A stretch of DNA of 64,000 bases from the NCBI GenBank assembly GCA_023460995.1, contig JAEWOE010000006.1, positions 774,927 through 838,926 on the forward strand. Reading direction: 5' to 3'. The position numbers and the translations under genes are program-made. This stretch comes from Bacillota bacterium. Lineage in GTDB: Bacteria; Bacillota_I; Bacilli_A; RF39; UBA660. Shown piece by piece: positions 51,374 to 61,588 of this stretch. Each line of letters starts with the position of its first letter. Positions within the stretch are counted from its first letter, which is position 1. A model generated the notes under the pieces. The model saw only the letters and a list, made by a program, of their open reading frames with translations, was not told the DNA's origin and searched no databases.

Positions 51374-53079
51374 TGAATAAAAATAATATAAAAATATCAT
51401 TTTTGTTTTTTGGATTACTATTTATATTAATACCTGGCAAAGCTTTAGCAGCTGATGATAAGATTTTAATGTATCTTGACTGCTCTTATAATATAAGTTA
51501 TGGTGCTGATAATATTAAAAGTAGTAATGTAAGTATTTACTCAAGTGATTTGCATATTGCTTATACTGAAATTTTAGATTATGACGGTAATACTTATAAA
51601 GTGAAAGTTACTGACGCGAGTGGTAGTTTTTATAATAATGTAAATGAGAATTTCAACGATAAATTTACTCCAAGTATTAGGGAAACTGATCAAACAAGAT
51701 CAACTTTCACTTCAGCCTATGCTAAAAATGATAATAGTTGTCCTAAATTTATGACGTTAGAACAATATAGTGGAAGCAAATACACAGTTTTATTTTCTAA
51801 CGAATTAAATGATACTTGCTCAGGAACTCCGGGTACTCAATGTAAAATGATATATAATTATTCTAAAACCAATTATCAAGTTTATATAAGTCCAAAAGAA
51901 GATGTATGGTCTTATTATACTGGCGAAAATAAAGATAGTATATGTGATAAACTAAATATAGATTTATCAGTTTCTGCAGGAAAGAAAATTCAAATTTTAG
52001 CAACATACGCAAAAGATAGTAAATATGAGGAATACACAAATTGGACAGCTCCTAAAAATGTTGATACTGTTTGGTTTGAAGATATTGCAAATTTAGCTAG
52101 AAATAAAACAGTTAAAACGTTAGCATTTGATCCTGATACAGATAGTTTTGCTGGTACAACAGATGTTAGATTTGCAGCTGATTCTGATTCACTTTCCTTT
52201 GATAGTTATTGCAAAATGCCAAAACCTGCATTTACTGCAAAAAAAACATGTTCAACATATGATGACATAAAAGCAACAATTAGTAGTAAAATGAATAATG
52301 CCTTTGCAGCCTCAAAAAGTATTGATGATGTGGCAGCAAAATATTTAAGTGCTAACCCTCAAAATGGTAGTTATAGTGCTAAATCGTATTCAACTGAAAA
52401 GGATGCTACTAAACTTGAGAAAATAGGAACAGAAATAGATACAGCTTTAAAATCTTCAACATTTATAAATGTATCAACAGAGTTTTTAAATTACTTAACA
52501 AGTTTGTCAACTGATGGTACATTATGTCAAGAAGCAAAAGAAAAGGTTTTAGCTATGATTGATACGTATACTGATTATAATACTAATAGGGGAGAAGTTA
52601 TACAAAAGTTAAAAGAAACTCTTGGTAATATTCAATCTAGATTAGAAGCTATGAAAGAAACAGAAAAAGCAGCAGCTTTTGATGAGTATATTGATAATGC
52701 TGCAGCAATGGAAGCAGAGATAAAGACAGTTTCAGTTCAAGCGAGAAATAGTTACTTAACTGGTAATGACTTTAAAATTGGCGCTATTACAGGTGCTACA
52801 TGTAACATAATTTCCGCTGACTTACAAAAGTTTTTACAAACTATTATTGATTATATTAGAATTGCTGGTATAACACTTGCTGTTGTATTAGGAATACTTG
52901 ATTATATAAAAGTAATATTTGGTAGTGATGATAAGTCAATGGCAAAAGCCAATAAAAATTTTGCAACAAGATTAATCGCAGTTGCATTGTTATTCTTAAT
53001 ACCAGCAGTTTTAAATTTTGTTTTGGGGCTATTTAATATTCTTGGAACAGGATCAGCAGGAACTTGTGGTATAAAATAA
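51373..53079 (+). CDS. Secreted 568-aa protein with the same C-terminal double-TM domain as 50055..50795
   Basis: Signal peptide FLFFGLLFILIPGKALAADD; conserved C-terminus. Confidence 0.55.
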   Translation: MNKNNIKISFLFFGLLFILIPGKALAADDKILMYLDCSYNISYGADNIKSSNVSIYSSDLHIAYTEILDYDGNTYKVKVTDASGSFYNNVNENFNDKFTPSIRETDQTRSTFTSAYAKNDNSCPKFMTLEQYSGSKYTVLFSNELNDTCSGTPGTQCKMIYNYSKTNYQVYISPKEDVWSYYTGENKDSICDKLNIDLSVSAGKKIQILATYAKDSKYEEYTNWTAPKNVDTVWFEDIANLARNKTVKTLAFDPDTDSFAGTTDVRFAADSDSLSFDSYCKMPKPAFTAKKTCSTYDDIKATISSKMNNAFAASKSIDDVAAKYLSANPQNGSYSAKSYSTEKDATKLEKIGTEIDTALKSSTFINVSTEFLNYLTSLSTDGTLCQEAKEKVLAMIDTYTDYNTNRGEVIQKLKETLGNIQSRLEAMKETEKAAAFDEYIDNAAAMEAEIKTVSVQARNSYLTGNDFKIGAITGATCNIISADLQKFLQTIIDYIRIAGITLAVVLGILDYIKVIFGSDDKSMAKANKNFATRLIAVALLFLIPAVLNFVLGLFNILGTGSAGTCGIK

Positions 53080-53154
53080 ACTAAAAGTTTAACTTTTAGT
53101 TTTTTTTACTTAATTATAATACTAACTATTAAGTATAATATAATAGGTGATAAA

Positions 53155-53751
53155 ATGAAGGTTTTAAAAAATTATAATGAAGTATTAACACAAGGATATA
53201 ATGCTGTTAGTCATTATGGTATAGATGTTGTAGGTAATAACAATAATGTACATGTTTTAGATTATATTACATCTTATGAGGCAGGAGTAATAGAAGATAT
53301 AAGAACAAATGCTACTGGGTTTGAAGATAATGGTAGTTATGGTAATTATTTAGTAATAAATCATGAGAACGGTTATAAAACAAGGTATGCTCATCTTGCT
53401 TATAATACAATAGGGGTTTCTAAAGGAGATAGAGTAACAAAAGGTCAAGTTTTAGGTTATATGGGTGCAACAGGTTATGCTTTTGGAGGACATCTACATT
53501 TTGAATTAATAAAAGACGGTACTGCAATAGATCCAACTGATTATATATTTGGTAATTCTACTATTATTCCAATACCAGAAGATAATGATGATGGCGAAAA
53601 TAATGGTGAAGATAATGGTAATGATAACGAAGAAAATAATAATGAAGAGAATAATAAAGATGAGCCCAAACTAATATTTACTTGCTTAGTCGAGGATGAT
53701 TATTATTTACATTTAAATGTAGGTAATAAACTTTATTTTTCAAAGGACTAA
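53155..53751 (+). CDS. M23-family (LytM-like) metallopeptidase without a signal peptide
   Basis: HYGID (HxxxD) and GGHLHFE (HxH) motifs; acidic D/E/N-rich linker. Confidence 0.7.
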   Translation: MKVLKNYNEVLTQGYNAVSHYGIDVVGNNNNVHVLDYITSYEAGVIEDIRTNATGFEDNGSYGNYLVINHENGYKTRYAHLAYNTIGVSKGDRVTKGQVLGYMGATGYAFGGHLHFELIKDGTAIDPTDYIFGNSTIIPIPEDNDDGENNGEDNGNDNEENNNEENNKDEPKLIFTCLVEDDYYLHLNVGNKLYFSKD

Positions 53752-53847
53752 GTCCTTTTTTAGTGAACAATAGGTGAAAGGCGATTTATTACTTTTTTTT
53801 TATAGGCATATCATGGTATAATTACATATGAGGATTAAGGTGATAAA

Positions 53848-54972
53848 ATGATTTATTTAGATTATTCAGCAAGTACTCCGGTTAATAAAGAAGTTCTTGA
53901 TAGTTTTAGTAAAGCTTGTTTAGATTTTCCAGGAAACTCTAATTCTCTTCATACGCTTGGAGTAAAAGCAAATGATTTAGTAGAAATGGCTACTAAACAA
54001 ATCGCTGATATTTTAAAAGTAAGTACAAAAGAAATTATATATACTAGTGGATCTAGTGAATCAAACAATTTAGCTATAAAGGGCATTTGTAATAAATATA
54101 AAAATAGAGGAAAACATATTATAACAACACAATATGAACATTCTTCTGTATATGGTCCGATTGGCTATCTTCAAACGCAAGGTTATGAAGTAGATTTTGT
54201 AAATTCTAATGAAGATGGAACAGTTGATCTAAAGCATTTAAAATCGCTTATGAGAGACGATACCATACTTGTTAGTGTCAATGCAATAAATAGTGAAATT
54301 GGTATTATTCAGCCTATAAATGAGATAGGTGAAGTTGTTCACGAGTACTCTAAATGCTTTTATCATGTTGATATTACCCAAGCAGTTGGTAAAATAAACA
54401 TAGATTTATCTAATATTGATTTAGCATCTTTTTCAGCCCATAAGTTTTTTGGACTAAAAGGAATTGGTGTTTTAATTAAAAAAGATAAGATAGTTTTAGA
54501 TCCTCTTATCCATGGTGGTAAAAGCACGACTATATTTAGAAGTGGTACGCCAGCTCATCCATTAATAGTATCTATTTCTAAGGCTTTAAGAATAGCAGTA
54601 GAAGATATTGATGTTAAGTATAATTACGTTACTGAGTTAAATAATACCATAAAAAATGGTCTTATGAAATACTCTGATGTATATGTAAATAGTAACGATA
54701 AATGTTTACCTCATGTATTAAATATTAGTGTAGTAGGAATAAAACCAGAAACTTTCTTACATGCTCTAGAAAAATATGAAGTATACATATCTACTCAAAC
54801 AGCGTGTTCTTCTGAAAAGAATCTATCTCAAAGTGTCTTAGTACTTACTAATGATGAAAATAGAGCAAAGTCAAGCTTAAGAATAAGCTTATCTTACATA
54901 ACTACTAAAGCAGAAGTTTCTAATTTCTTAGAAATATTTGATAAATGTTATAAGGAACTAAAATTAAAATGA
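53848..54972 (+). CDS. Cysteine desulfurase (class V aminotransferase, NifS/IscS-like)
   Basis: PLP-lysine region SFSAHKFFGLKGIG; catalytic Cys-loop TQTACSSE. Confidence 0.8.
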   Translation: MIYLDYSASTPVNKEVLDSFSKACLDFPGNSNSLHTLGVKANDLVEMATKQIADILKVSTKEIIYTSGSSESNNLAIKGICNKYKNRGKHIITTQYEHSSVYGPIGYLQTQGYEVDFVNSNEDGTVDLKHLKSLMRDDTILVSVNAINSEIGIIQPINEIGEVVHEYSKCFYHVDITQAVGKINIDLSNIDLASFSAHKFFGLKGIGVLIKKDKIVLDPLIHGGKSTTIFRSGTPAHPLIVSISKALRIAVEDIDVKYNYVTELNNTIKNGLMKYSDVYVNSNDKCLPHVLNISVVGIKPETFLHALEKYEVYISTQTACSSEKNLSQSVLVLTNDENRAKSSLRISLSYITTKAEVSNFLEIFDKCYKELKLK

Positions 54973-55586
54973 TGAAAATAATGAGTCCTATAATAGGAGA
55001 ACTTGAAGAAAAAGAATTAGAGATTACAGAACAAAAAATAAGTGGTATTTTTAACAATGAGGTTGTTAAAACGTTAAAATATCGTTTTTTAGAATTTAAT
55101 GAGTGTATTTTTAATAAATTAACGATTAATAATTTAAATATGGCTAAAACTACATTTGTAGATGTTAAATTTATTAATTGTGATTTATCAAATACAATAT
55201 TTGAATCTTCGACATTTGTACGTGTTATTTTTGAAGAATGTAAGTTAATTGGTACAGATTTAAGTAGTTCATCTTTTAAAGATGTACAGTTTAATAACTG
55301 TAAAATGAATTATTCTAATTTTTCTGATAGTAAACTTCAAAATATTATATTTAAGGATATAGATGCTGGTAATAGTAGTTTTATAAATGTTAAATTTAAA
55401 GATGTTATTTTTGATACATGCAAACTTGAAGAAATAGAATTTCTAAATACAAATTTAAGTAATATAGATTTTTCAAATTCTATTATAGATGGCATTGCGG
55501 TTAATGTAGCATTATTAAAAGGTTGCGTGGTAAATACATACCAAGCAGTTGAATTGTCAAGGTTACTTGGCTTAAAAATAAAATAG
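54969..55586 (+). CDS. Pentapeptide-repeat protein
   Basis: Tandem A(D/N)LxX pentapeptides across most of the protein. Confidence 0.8.
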   Translation: MMKIMSPIIGELEEKELEITEQKISGIFNNEVVKTLKYRFLEFNECIFNKLTINNLNMAKTTFVDVKFINCDLSNTIFESSTFVRVIFEECKLIGTDLSSSSFKDVQFNNCKMNYSNFSDSKLQNIIFKDIDAGNSSFINVKFKDVIFDTCKLEEIEFLNTNLSNIDFSNSIIDGIAVNVALLKGCVVNTYQAVELSRLLGLKIK

Positions 55587-55595
55587 GTGGTATAT

Positions 55596-55862
55596 ATGAA
55601 TATAGTGAAAATAGGGGCGATGTGGTGCCCAGGGTGTCTAGTTATGCATAAAGTATGGACACAAATAGAAAAAGAATATCCAGAATTAGAAATAACAACA
55701 TATGATTTGGATATGGATAGTGAAGAAGTAGAAAAATATGATGTTGGAACTACACTTCCTGTAATAATTTTTTATAAAGAAAATGTTGAATATAAAAGAT
55801 TAATTGGAGAAAAAAAATATGAAGATATAAATAAAATTATTTTAGAAATGAGGAATAATTAA
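55596..55862 (+). CDS. Small thioredoxin-like protein (CPGC active site)
   Basis: GAMWCPGCLVM. Confidence 0.7.
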   Translation: MNIVKIGAMWCPGCLVMHKVWTQIEKEYPELEITTYDLDMDSEEVEKYDVGTTLPVIIFYKENVEYKRLIGEKKYEDINKIILEMRNN

Positions 55863-57082
55863 TGAAAAAGTTTCTTAAAGCATTATTTCTATCTTTTATA
55901 TTATTTATATTTCCAACATTAGTTAACGCTTCTACTTTTGATTATAAGGATCAGGTTTATGATATAGTTGAAGAAAAAGAAAGTACTAAAGTAACTGTTT
56001 ATCTTTTTCATAGTAGTTCTTGTGTACATTGCAAAGCTGAAAATGCTTTCCTAAATGAACTTGCGAGTGAGTATGGAGATAAAATTGATATAAAAAGATA
56101 TGAAGTTACTTCTAGTGCAATAAATAGTAACTATATGCAGTTAGTAAAAGATAGATTTGGTTCAACGTCAACAGGCGTACCTTTTACTGTAATTGGTCAA
56201 AAATATTATGTTGGATATAGTGAAAGCATTGGTAAAACAATGAAAAATACTATTGATTCATATATTAAAAGTATGAATAATGGTGCTTCTGATGATGATT
56301 CGGATGATAATGAAGAAGAAGTAATAGAAGAAGATAATAAAATTAATTTACCACTACTAGGTGATGTAGATGCTAAACAAGTATCACTTCCACTTGTTGC
56401 AGTGATATTAGGAACCATTGATGGTTTTAATCCATGTGCCATGTGGATTTTGCTATTCTTGATAAACATGTTATTTAATATGAAAGATCGTAAAAAAATG
56501 TGGATACTTGGTTTTACTTTCTTATTTACTTCAGCATTTGTTTATTTTTTAGCAATGCTAGGACTTTCAGTAGTAATAGGTATGACAGCCGTAGTTTGGG
56601 TGAGAACATTAATTGCTTTTGTAGCAATTTTAGGTGGTATTGTTAACTTAAATAGTTATTTGAAAACACCTAAAGATGGATGTCATGTTGTAGATGAAAA
56701 AAAACGCAAAAAGTATTTTACAAAAATAAAGAAGTTTACTTTAGAACAAAACATGTTATTATCATTAATTGGTGTTATAACATTAGCGGCTAGTGTTAAC
56801 TTAGTAGAACTTGCTTGTTCAGCAGGCTTTCCTACTATATTTATTTCTATGTTAGATTTAAATGGTATAAATGGTTTTGCTAGTATTCTTTACATATTAC
56901 TTTATATAGTATTCTTCCTGATAGACGACATAGTGATATTTATAATAGCTATGACAACATTTAAAATTAGTGGTATTACTACTAAGTATAATAGATTATC
57001 ACATTTAATAGGTGGTATTATTATGATTATAATAGGATTACTACTTGTACTTAAACCAGAATGGATTATGCTTAACTTTTAA
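55862..57082 (+). CDS. Fusion of extracytoplasmic thioredoxin-like domain (CVHC) and CcdA/DsbD-like transmembrane electron transfer domain
   Basis: Signal/TM plus SSSCVHCKAE; membrane domain with NPCAMW and ELACSAGFP conserved Cys motifs. Confidence 0.65.
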   Translation: MKKFLKALFLSFILFIFPTLVNASTFDYKDQVYDIVEEKESTKVTVYLFHSSSCVHCKAENAFLNELASEYGDKIDIKRYEVTSSAINSNYMQLVKDRFGSTSTGVPFTVIGQKYYVGYSESIGKTMKNTIDSYIKSMNNGASDDDSDDNEEEVIEEDNKINLPLLGDVDAKQVSLPLVAVILGTIDGFNPCAMWILLFLINMLFNMKDRKKMWILGFTFLFTSAFVYFLAMLGLSVVIGMTAVVWVRTLIAFVAILGGIVNLNSYLKTPKDGCHVVDEKKRKKYFTKIKKFTLEQNMLLSLIGVITLAASVNLVELACSAGFPTIFISMLDLNGINGFASILYILLYIVFFLIDDIVIFIIAMTTFKISGITTKYNRLSHLIGGIIMIIIGLLLVLKPEWIMLNF

Positions 57083-57131
57083 AGTTAGGCATTTTTTTCA
57101 TTTAATTAAATATAATTCTATAGGAGGTTAA

Positions 57132-58337
57132 ATGAAAAAAATATTTAAAAGTTATAGGTTTCCAATTATACTATTAATATCTATGATATTAGGTAGTATT
57201 GTAGGAATATTTTTTCCAAATTCTGCCACTTATTTAAAACCATTTGGTGATATATTCTTAAATATGATGTTTACCATTGTGGTTCCACTTGTATTTTTTA
57301 CTATAGTTAGTAGTATAAGTAATATGAGTAGTATTAAAAAACTTAGTAAGATATTAAAAATTACTTTTCTTGTATTTATAATAACTGGTATAATTTCAAC
57401 ATTAGTAATGTTGGCAACTATGTTGTTTATAGATCCAGTAGGTAATACATATATAGATTTAGTAGCAAGTGAAGTAGAAAGTATTAGTGTTTTAGATCAA
57501 ATAGTTGCGGCTATTACTGTTACTGATTTTACTAGTTTACTTTCAAGAAGTCATATGCTTGCGTTAATTATATTCTCGGTAATATTTGGTATATCTCTTT
57601 GCTTAATAGAGAGAAAAGAAAAAAAAGTTGGGCATATTTTTGAAGTAATATCAAATGCATTAATGAAATTTGTTAAAATAATTATGTATTATGCACCAGT
57701 AGGTATATTTGCTTATTTTGCAGCTTTAGTAGCTGAATTTGGTCCGGAACTTATTGGTAGTTATGCAAGAAGCATGGTTTTATATTATATTCTAACAGTT
57801 TTTTATTTCTTAATATTCTATACTGTATATGCTTATTTTAGTAAAGGAAAAGCAGGTGTAAGAAACTTTTACAAACATATCTTTCCTTCAGTAATAACTA
57901 GTTTAGCAACGCAATCATCACTTGCTACTTTACCAACTAATTTAGATACAGCTAATAATATGAAGATAGATGAAGATGTAAGTAAAGTTGCTCTTCCAAT
58001 AGGTGCGACAGTGCACATGGAAGGGTCTTGTATGGGATCTATTCTTAAAATTGTTTTCTTATTTAGTATATTTAACTATGATTTTGTAGGAGTAGATACT
58101 TATTTAATTGCTATTTTAATCTCAGTATTAAGTGGTATAGTTATGTCAGGAATTCCTGGTGGTGGTTTAATAGGTGAAATGCTTATAGTATCACTTTATG
58201 GATTCCCACCAGAAGCCTTTGCTATAATTGCTACAATAGGATGGTTAATTGATCCACCAGCAACATTACTTAATGTTACAGGGGATATATCATCTTCTAT
58301 GATAATAGATAAATACGTAAATCCAAAAGAAGCTTAG
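57132..58337 (+). CDS. Dicarboxylate/amino acid:cation symporter (DAACS) family transporter
   Basis: Multi-TM; conserved PIGATVHMEGS and NVTGD-like motifs. Confidence 0.6.
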   Translation: MKKIFKSYRFPIILLISMILGSIVGIFFPNSATYLKPFGDIFLNMMFTIVVPLVFFTIVSSISNMSSIKKLSKILKITFLVFIITGIISTLVMLATMLFIDPVGNTYIDLVASEVESISVLDQIVAAITVTDFTSLLSRSHMLALIIFSVIFGISLCLIERKEKKVGHIFEVISNALMKFVKIIMYYAPVGIFAYFAALVAEFGPELIGSYARSMVLYYILTVFYFLIFYTVYAYFSKGKAGVRNFYKHIFPSVITSLATQSSLATLPTNLDTANNMKIDEDVSKVALPIGATVHMEGSCMGSILKIVFLFSIFNYDFVGVDTYLIAILISVLSGIVMSGIPGGGLIGEMLIVSLYGFPPEAFAIIATIGWLIDPPATLLNVTGDISSSMIIDKYVNPKEA

Positions 58338-58398
58338 GCTTCTTTTATTTTTAGTTTGAAAATAATATTTTTATGTTATAATTATTCTAGGTGATAGT

Positions 58399-58794
58399 AT
58401 GAAAAGTAAAGGGTTCACGTTAGTCGAAATTTTAGCAGTAATTACAATTATTGGTATACTTGCTTTAATAGCGGTTCCAACAGTAGATTCAATTATAAAA
58501 AGAGGTAAAGAAGACGCATATAATGTTCAGAAACAAGCAGTATTAGCAGGCTTAAAGAACTGGGCAGCTTCTAAAACTTTAACCCTTCCAACAGTAAACG
58601 GTGAAACCTTAACAGCAACTATAGGTGATTTAAAAGTAGCAGGTTTTTTAGAAGTGGAAACAAGAAATCCTATGAACGATTTATGTTTTAGTAATGACAC
58701 TGTCCTTGTAGTAACAAGAAAGAATAACAATTACACATACACATTCCAAGATGAAGACAATATTGATTTTACCGAAACTTGTGAGGTAGAATAA
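58399..58794 (+). CDS. Short (131 aa) type IV minor pilin/pseudopilin-like protein
   Basis: MKSKGFTLVEILAVITIIGILALIAVP; small globular head; ATGA overlap with the next pilin gene. Confidence 0.8.
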   Translation: MKSKGFTLVEILAVITIIGILALIAVPTVDSIIKRGKEDAYNVQKQAVLAGLKNWAASKTLTLPTVNGETLTATIGDLKVAGFLEVETRNPMNDLCFSNDTVLVVTRKNNNYTYTFQDEDNIDFTETCEVE

Positions 58795-61517
58795 TGAGAA
58801 AAGGTTTTACATTAGTCGAATTACTTGGTGTTGTAGTAATTATGGGTGTTATTGCGTTAATAGCTGTTCCCGCTGTTGATAGTGTAGTTAAAAAGAACAA
58901 AGAAAAAGCATATGATTTTACTAAAAGTACTATTATAGCAGCTTCTAAAAACTGGCTGTTAGATAATAAATCTTTACTTGATGATGGTGAAACAGTCAAT
59001 GTTACTCTTGCTGATTTAAAAGAACAAGGTTACTTGGATTTTGATATTAAAAATCCTTCAAGTGGCAAATGTTTAGATAATACAATGGAGGTCTCAATAA
59101 GTAGAAATGAGAAGAAATATTCATACGCTATTATTGGAAATGAACTTGTAGATGGTAGTGATTCTGATTGCGAGACTACAGGTAGGGCGCCTTCAATCTA
59201 TCTATTAGGTTCAAATCCTCTTAATGTTGAAATAAATACACCTTTTGTTGATCCAGGCGCAAAGGCTACAGATACAGATGGTATAGATATCACAAATAAA
59301 ATTGTTAAACCAGATGTAATTGATACAAGTACACTTGCTAGTAATATAAAATATAAGTATACAATTTTATCTGATGGTATTATAAAAACTGTAACTAGAA
59401 AAGTAAATGTAATTGATACTACAAAACCAGTAATTATTGGAGTCGCTGATACATCATTAAATACAAGTGATACTACTTTTAATATTATGGATGGTGTAAG
59501 TGCTTCAGATAATAGCGGTGAGACAATTACTATAAAGACAAAATCGAATTTAATGTTAGGGGTTAAGGGAGAATATACGGTTACTTACATAGCAACTGAT
59601 TCTTCAGGTAATACCACAAGTAAAACTAGAAAAATAAAGGTTGAAAAACCAGCTTATACTCTCATGGTTAGGTCACCAGGTAACTATCTATGGAATAGTA
59701 CATACCAAAACAAAATTGAATCAATTGATTTTGTTGATTATGTGGATACAACAGGATCTACTATTTCATGGGATTTATCTGCAGCGAAAAACGGAACAAT
59801 AACAGGATGGCTTATTCCAGATACGAATAATCCATCATATTATAAAATGTACATAGGTAGTACTGGATATATATATGCTAATCCCGATTCATCTCATTGG
59901 TTTCAAGGGTTTGAAACTCTTTATTCAATAAATTTAGATAATTTTAATACATCAAATGTGACAAACATGAGTTATATGTTTTACGCTATGGAAGTTGTAA
60001 CTAGTCTAGATTTAAGCGACTTTGTCACATCAAATGTAACAAATATGGAATGTATGTTTGCTGATACTTTTGGTTTAGAAAATTTGGATTTGAGTAGTTT
60101 TGATACATCAAAGGTAACAAGTATGAGCTTTATGTTTTGGAATGATAATTTCTACGGGTCAGTGAGTAATCTAATTAGTTTAGATTTGAGAAGCTTTGAC
60201 ACATCAAATGTGACATCAGCGTTTAGAATGTTTTCTGGTTTAACTAAATTGACTAGTTTAGATTTGAGTAGTTTTGATACATCAAAAATAACTAACATGG
60301 GTTCTATGTTTTCCTCTATGACAAGTCTAAAGTATTTAAATGTGAGTAATTTTGACACATCAAATGTCAATCATATGAGTGGTATGTTTTCTGGTGCAAG
60401 TGGTCTAACTAGTTTGAATTTAAGCAATTTTAACACATCAAATGTAACAGACATGAGTGGTATGTTTTCTGGTGCAAGTGGTCTAACTAGTTTGAATTTA
60501 AGCAATTTTGATACATCAAAAGTAACTAGTATGTATGGTATGTTTTCTGGTGCAAGTAGTCTAACTAGTTTAAATATAAGCAGTTTTGATACATCAAAAG
60601 TAACTAGTATGGGGGAGATGTTTAGTTCTGCAAGCAGTCTAACTAATTTGAACTTAAGCAATTTTGATACATCAAGCGTAACTAGTATGAGTGGTATGTT
60701 TCGTTCTGCAAGTAAGCTAACAAGTTTAGATTTAAGTAGTTTTGATACATCAAACGTATCTAGTATGAGTGGTATGTTTAGTGATGCAAGTAGTTTAATA
60801 AGCTTAGATTTAAGTAGTTTTGACACATCAAAAGTTACCAGTATGTCTTTTATGTTTAGTTATGCAAACAAATTAGTAAACCTAAATGTAAGTAATTTTA
60901 ATACTTCAAATGTAGTAGATATGCGAGGCATGTTTCGTCATACATCAAGTTTAGTTGATTTAAATGTAAGTAACTTTAATACATCAAAAGTAAACGATAT
61001 GAGTGAAATGTTTTATTATTCTAGCAGTATAACTAGTCTAAACTTAAGCAACTTTAATACATCAAGCGTAACTAGTATGAGTAGTATGTTTAGCTCTGCA
61101 AGCAATTTAACAAGTTTAGATTTAAGTAGTTTTAATACATCTAATGTTACTTATATGTATGAAATGTTCAGTTTTACAACTAAATTAACAAGTTTAAACT
61201 TAAGTAGTTTTAACACTTCAAATGTTACCAGCATGAGATCAATGTTTTCTAGAACAAATAGTTTAGTAAGTTTAAATATAGTTAATTTTGATACATCAAA
61301 AGTAACTGATATGAGTAACATGTTTAGTTATTCAACTAGTTTAACTAATCTTGATTTAAGTAATTTTAATACAACAAAAGTAACAAATATGAATTATATG
61401 TTCAATTATTCTAATAATTTAACTACTATTTATGTAGGAAGCAATTGGACAACTACTGGTGCGACAACTGTTAACATGTTCTATGGTTGTGGCACATCAA
61501 CTGTAACACCAAAATAA
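58794..61517 (+). CDS. Giant modular pilin: prepilin N-terminus plus pilin head plus two DUF5011 Ig-like domains plus ~20 DUF285/BspA-type leucine-rich repeats (907 aa)
   Basis: MRKGFTLVELLGVVVIMGVIALIAVP; ~26-aa repeats (L.LS.FDTSNVT.M..MF...S.L.SLDLS) from ~59930 to ~61430. Confidence 0.8.
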   Translation: MRKGFTLVELLGVVVIMGVIALIAVPAVDSVVKKNKEKAYDFTKSTIIAASKNWLLDNKSLLDDGETVNVTLADLKEQGYLDFDIKNPSSGKCLDNTMEVSISRNEKKYSYAIIGNELVDGSDSDCETTGRAPSIYLLGSNPLNVEINTPFVDPGAKATDTDGIDITNKIVKPDVIDTSTLASNIKYKYTILSDGIIKTVTRKVNVIDTTKPVIIGVADTSLNTSDTTFNIMDGVSASDNSGETITIKTKSNLMLGVKGEYTVTYIATDSSGNTTSKTRKIKVEKPAYTLMVRSPGNYLWNSTYQNKIESIDFVDYVDTTGSTISWDLSAAKNGTITGWLIPDTNNPSYYKMYIGSTGYIYANPDSSHWFQGFETLYSINLDNFNTSNVTNMSYMFYAMEVVTSLDLSDFVTSNVTNMECMFADTFGLENLDLSSFDTSKVTSMSFMFWNDNFYGSVSNLISLDLRSFDTSNVTSAFRMFSGLTKLTSLDLSSFDTSKITNMGSMFSSMTSLKYLNVSNFDTSNVNHMSGMFSGASGLTSLNLSNFNTSNVTDMSGMFSGASGLTSLNLSNFDTSKVTSMYGMFSGASSLTSLNISSFDTSKVTSMGEMFSSASSLTNLNLSNFDTSSVTSMSGMFRSASKLTSLDLSSFDTSNVSSMSGMFSDASSLISLDLSSFDTSKVTSMSFMFSYANKLVNLNVSNFNTSNVVDMRGMFRHTSSLVDLNVSNFNTSKVNDMSEMFYYSSSITSLNLSNFNTSSVTSMSSMFSSASNLTSLDLSSFNTSNVTYMYEMFSFTTKLTSLNLSSFNTSNVTSMRSMFSRTNSLVSLNIVNFDTSKVTDMSNMFSYSTSLTNLDLSNFNTTKVTNMNYMFNYSNNLTTIYVGSNWTTTGATTVNMFYGCGTSTVTPK
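59930..61430 (+). repeat. Intragenic 78-bp tandem repeat array (DUF285 LRR units), including a perfect 57-bp duplication at 60375..60431 and 60453..60509
   Basis: Direct reading of repeated atgagtggtatgttttctggtgcaagtggtctaactagtttgaatttaagcaatttt. Confidence 0.85.
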
Positions 61518-61588
61518 TATTCAAATAATAATTTTTTAATCTTTTATTCGTGTTTATGATATAATAAAAATATGATAGGGTGTGTATT

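Noticed and set aside
60152-60826. Minus-strand ORFs of 72 and 151 aa with repetitive LLKSKLV sequence
   Set aside because: They lie antisense to the DUF285 tandem repeats of the 907-aa pilin gene. Their periodicity just mirrors the sense-strand repeat. They have no RBS.
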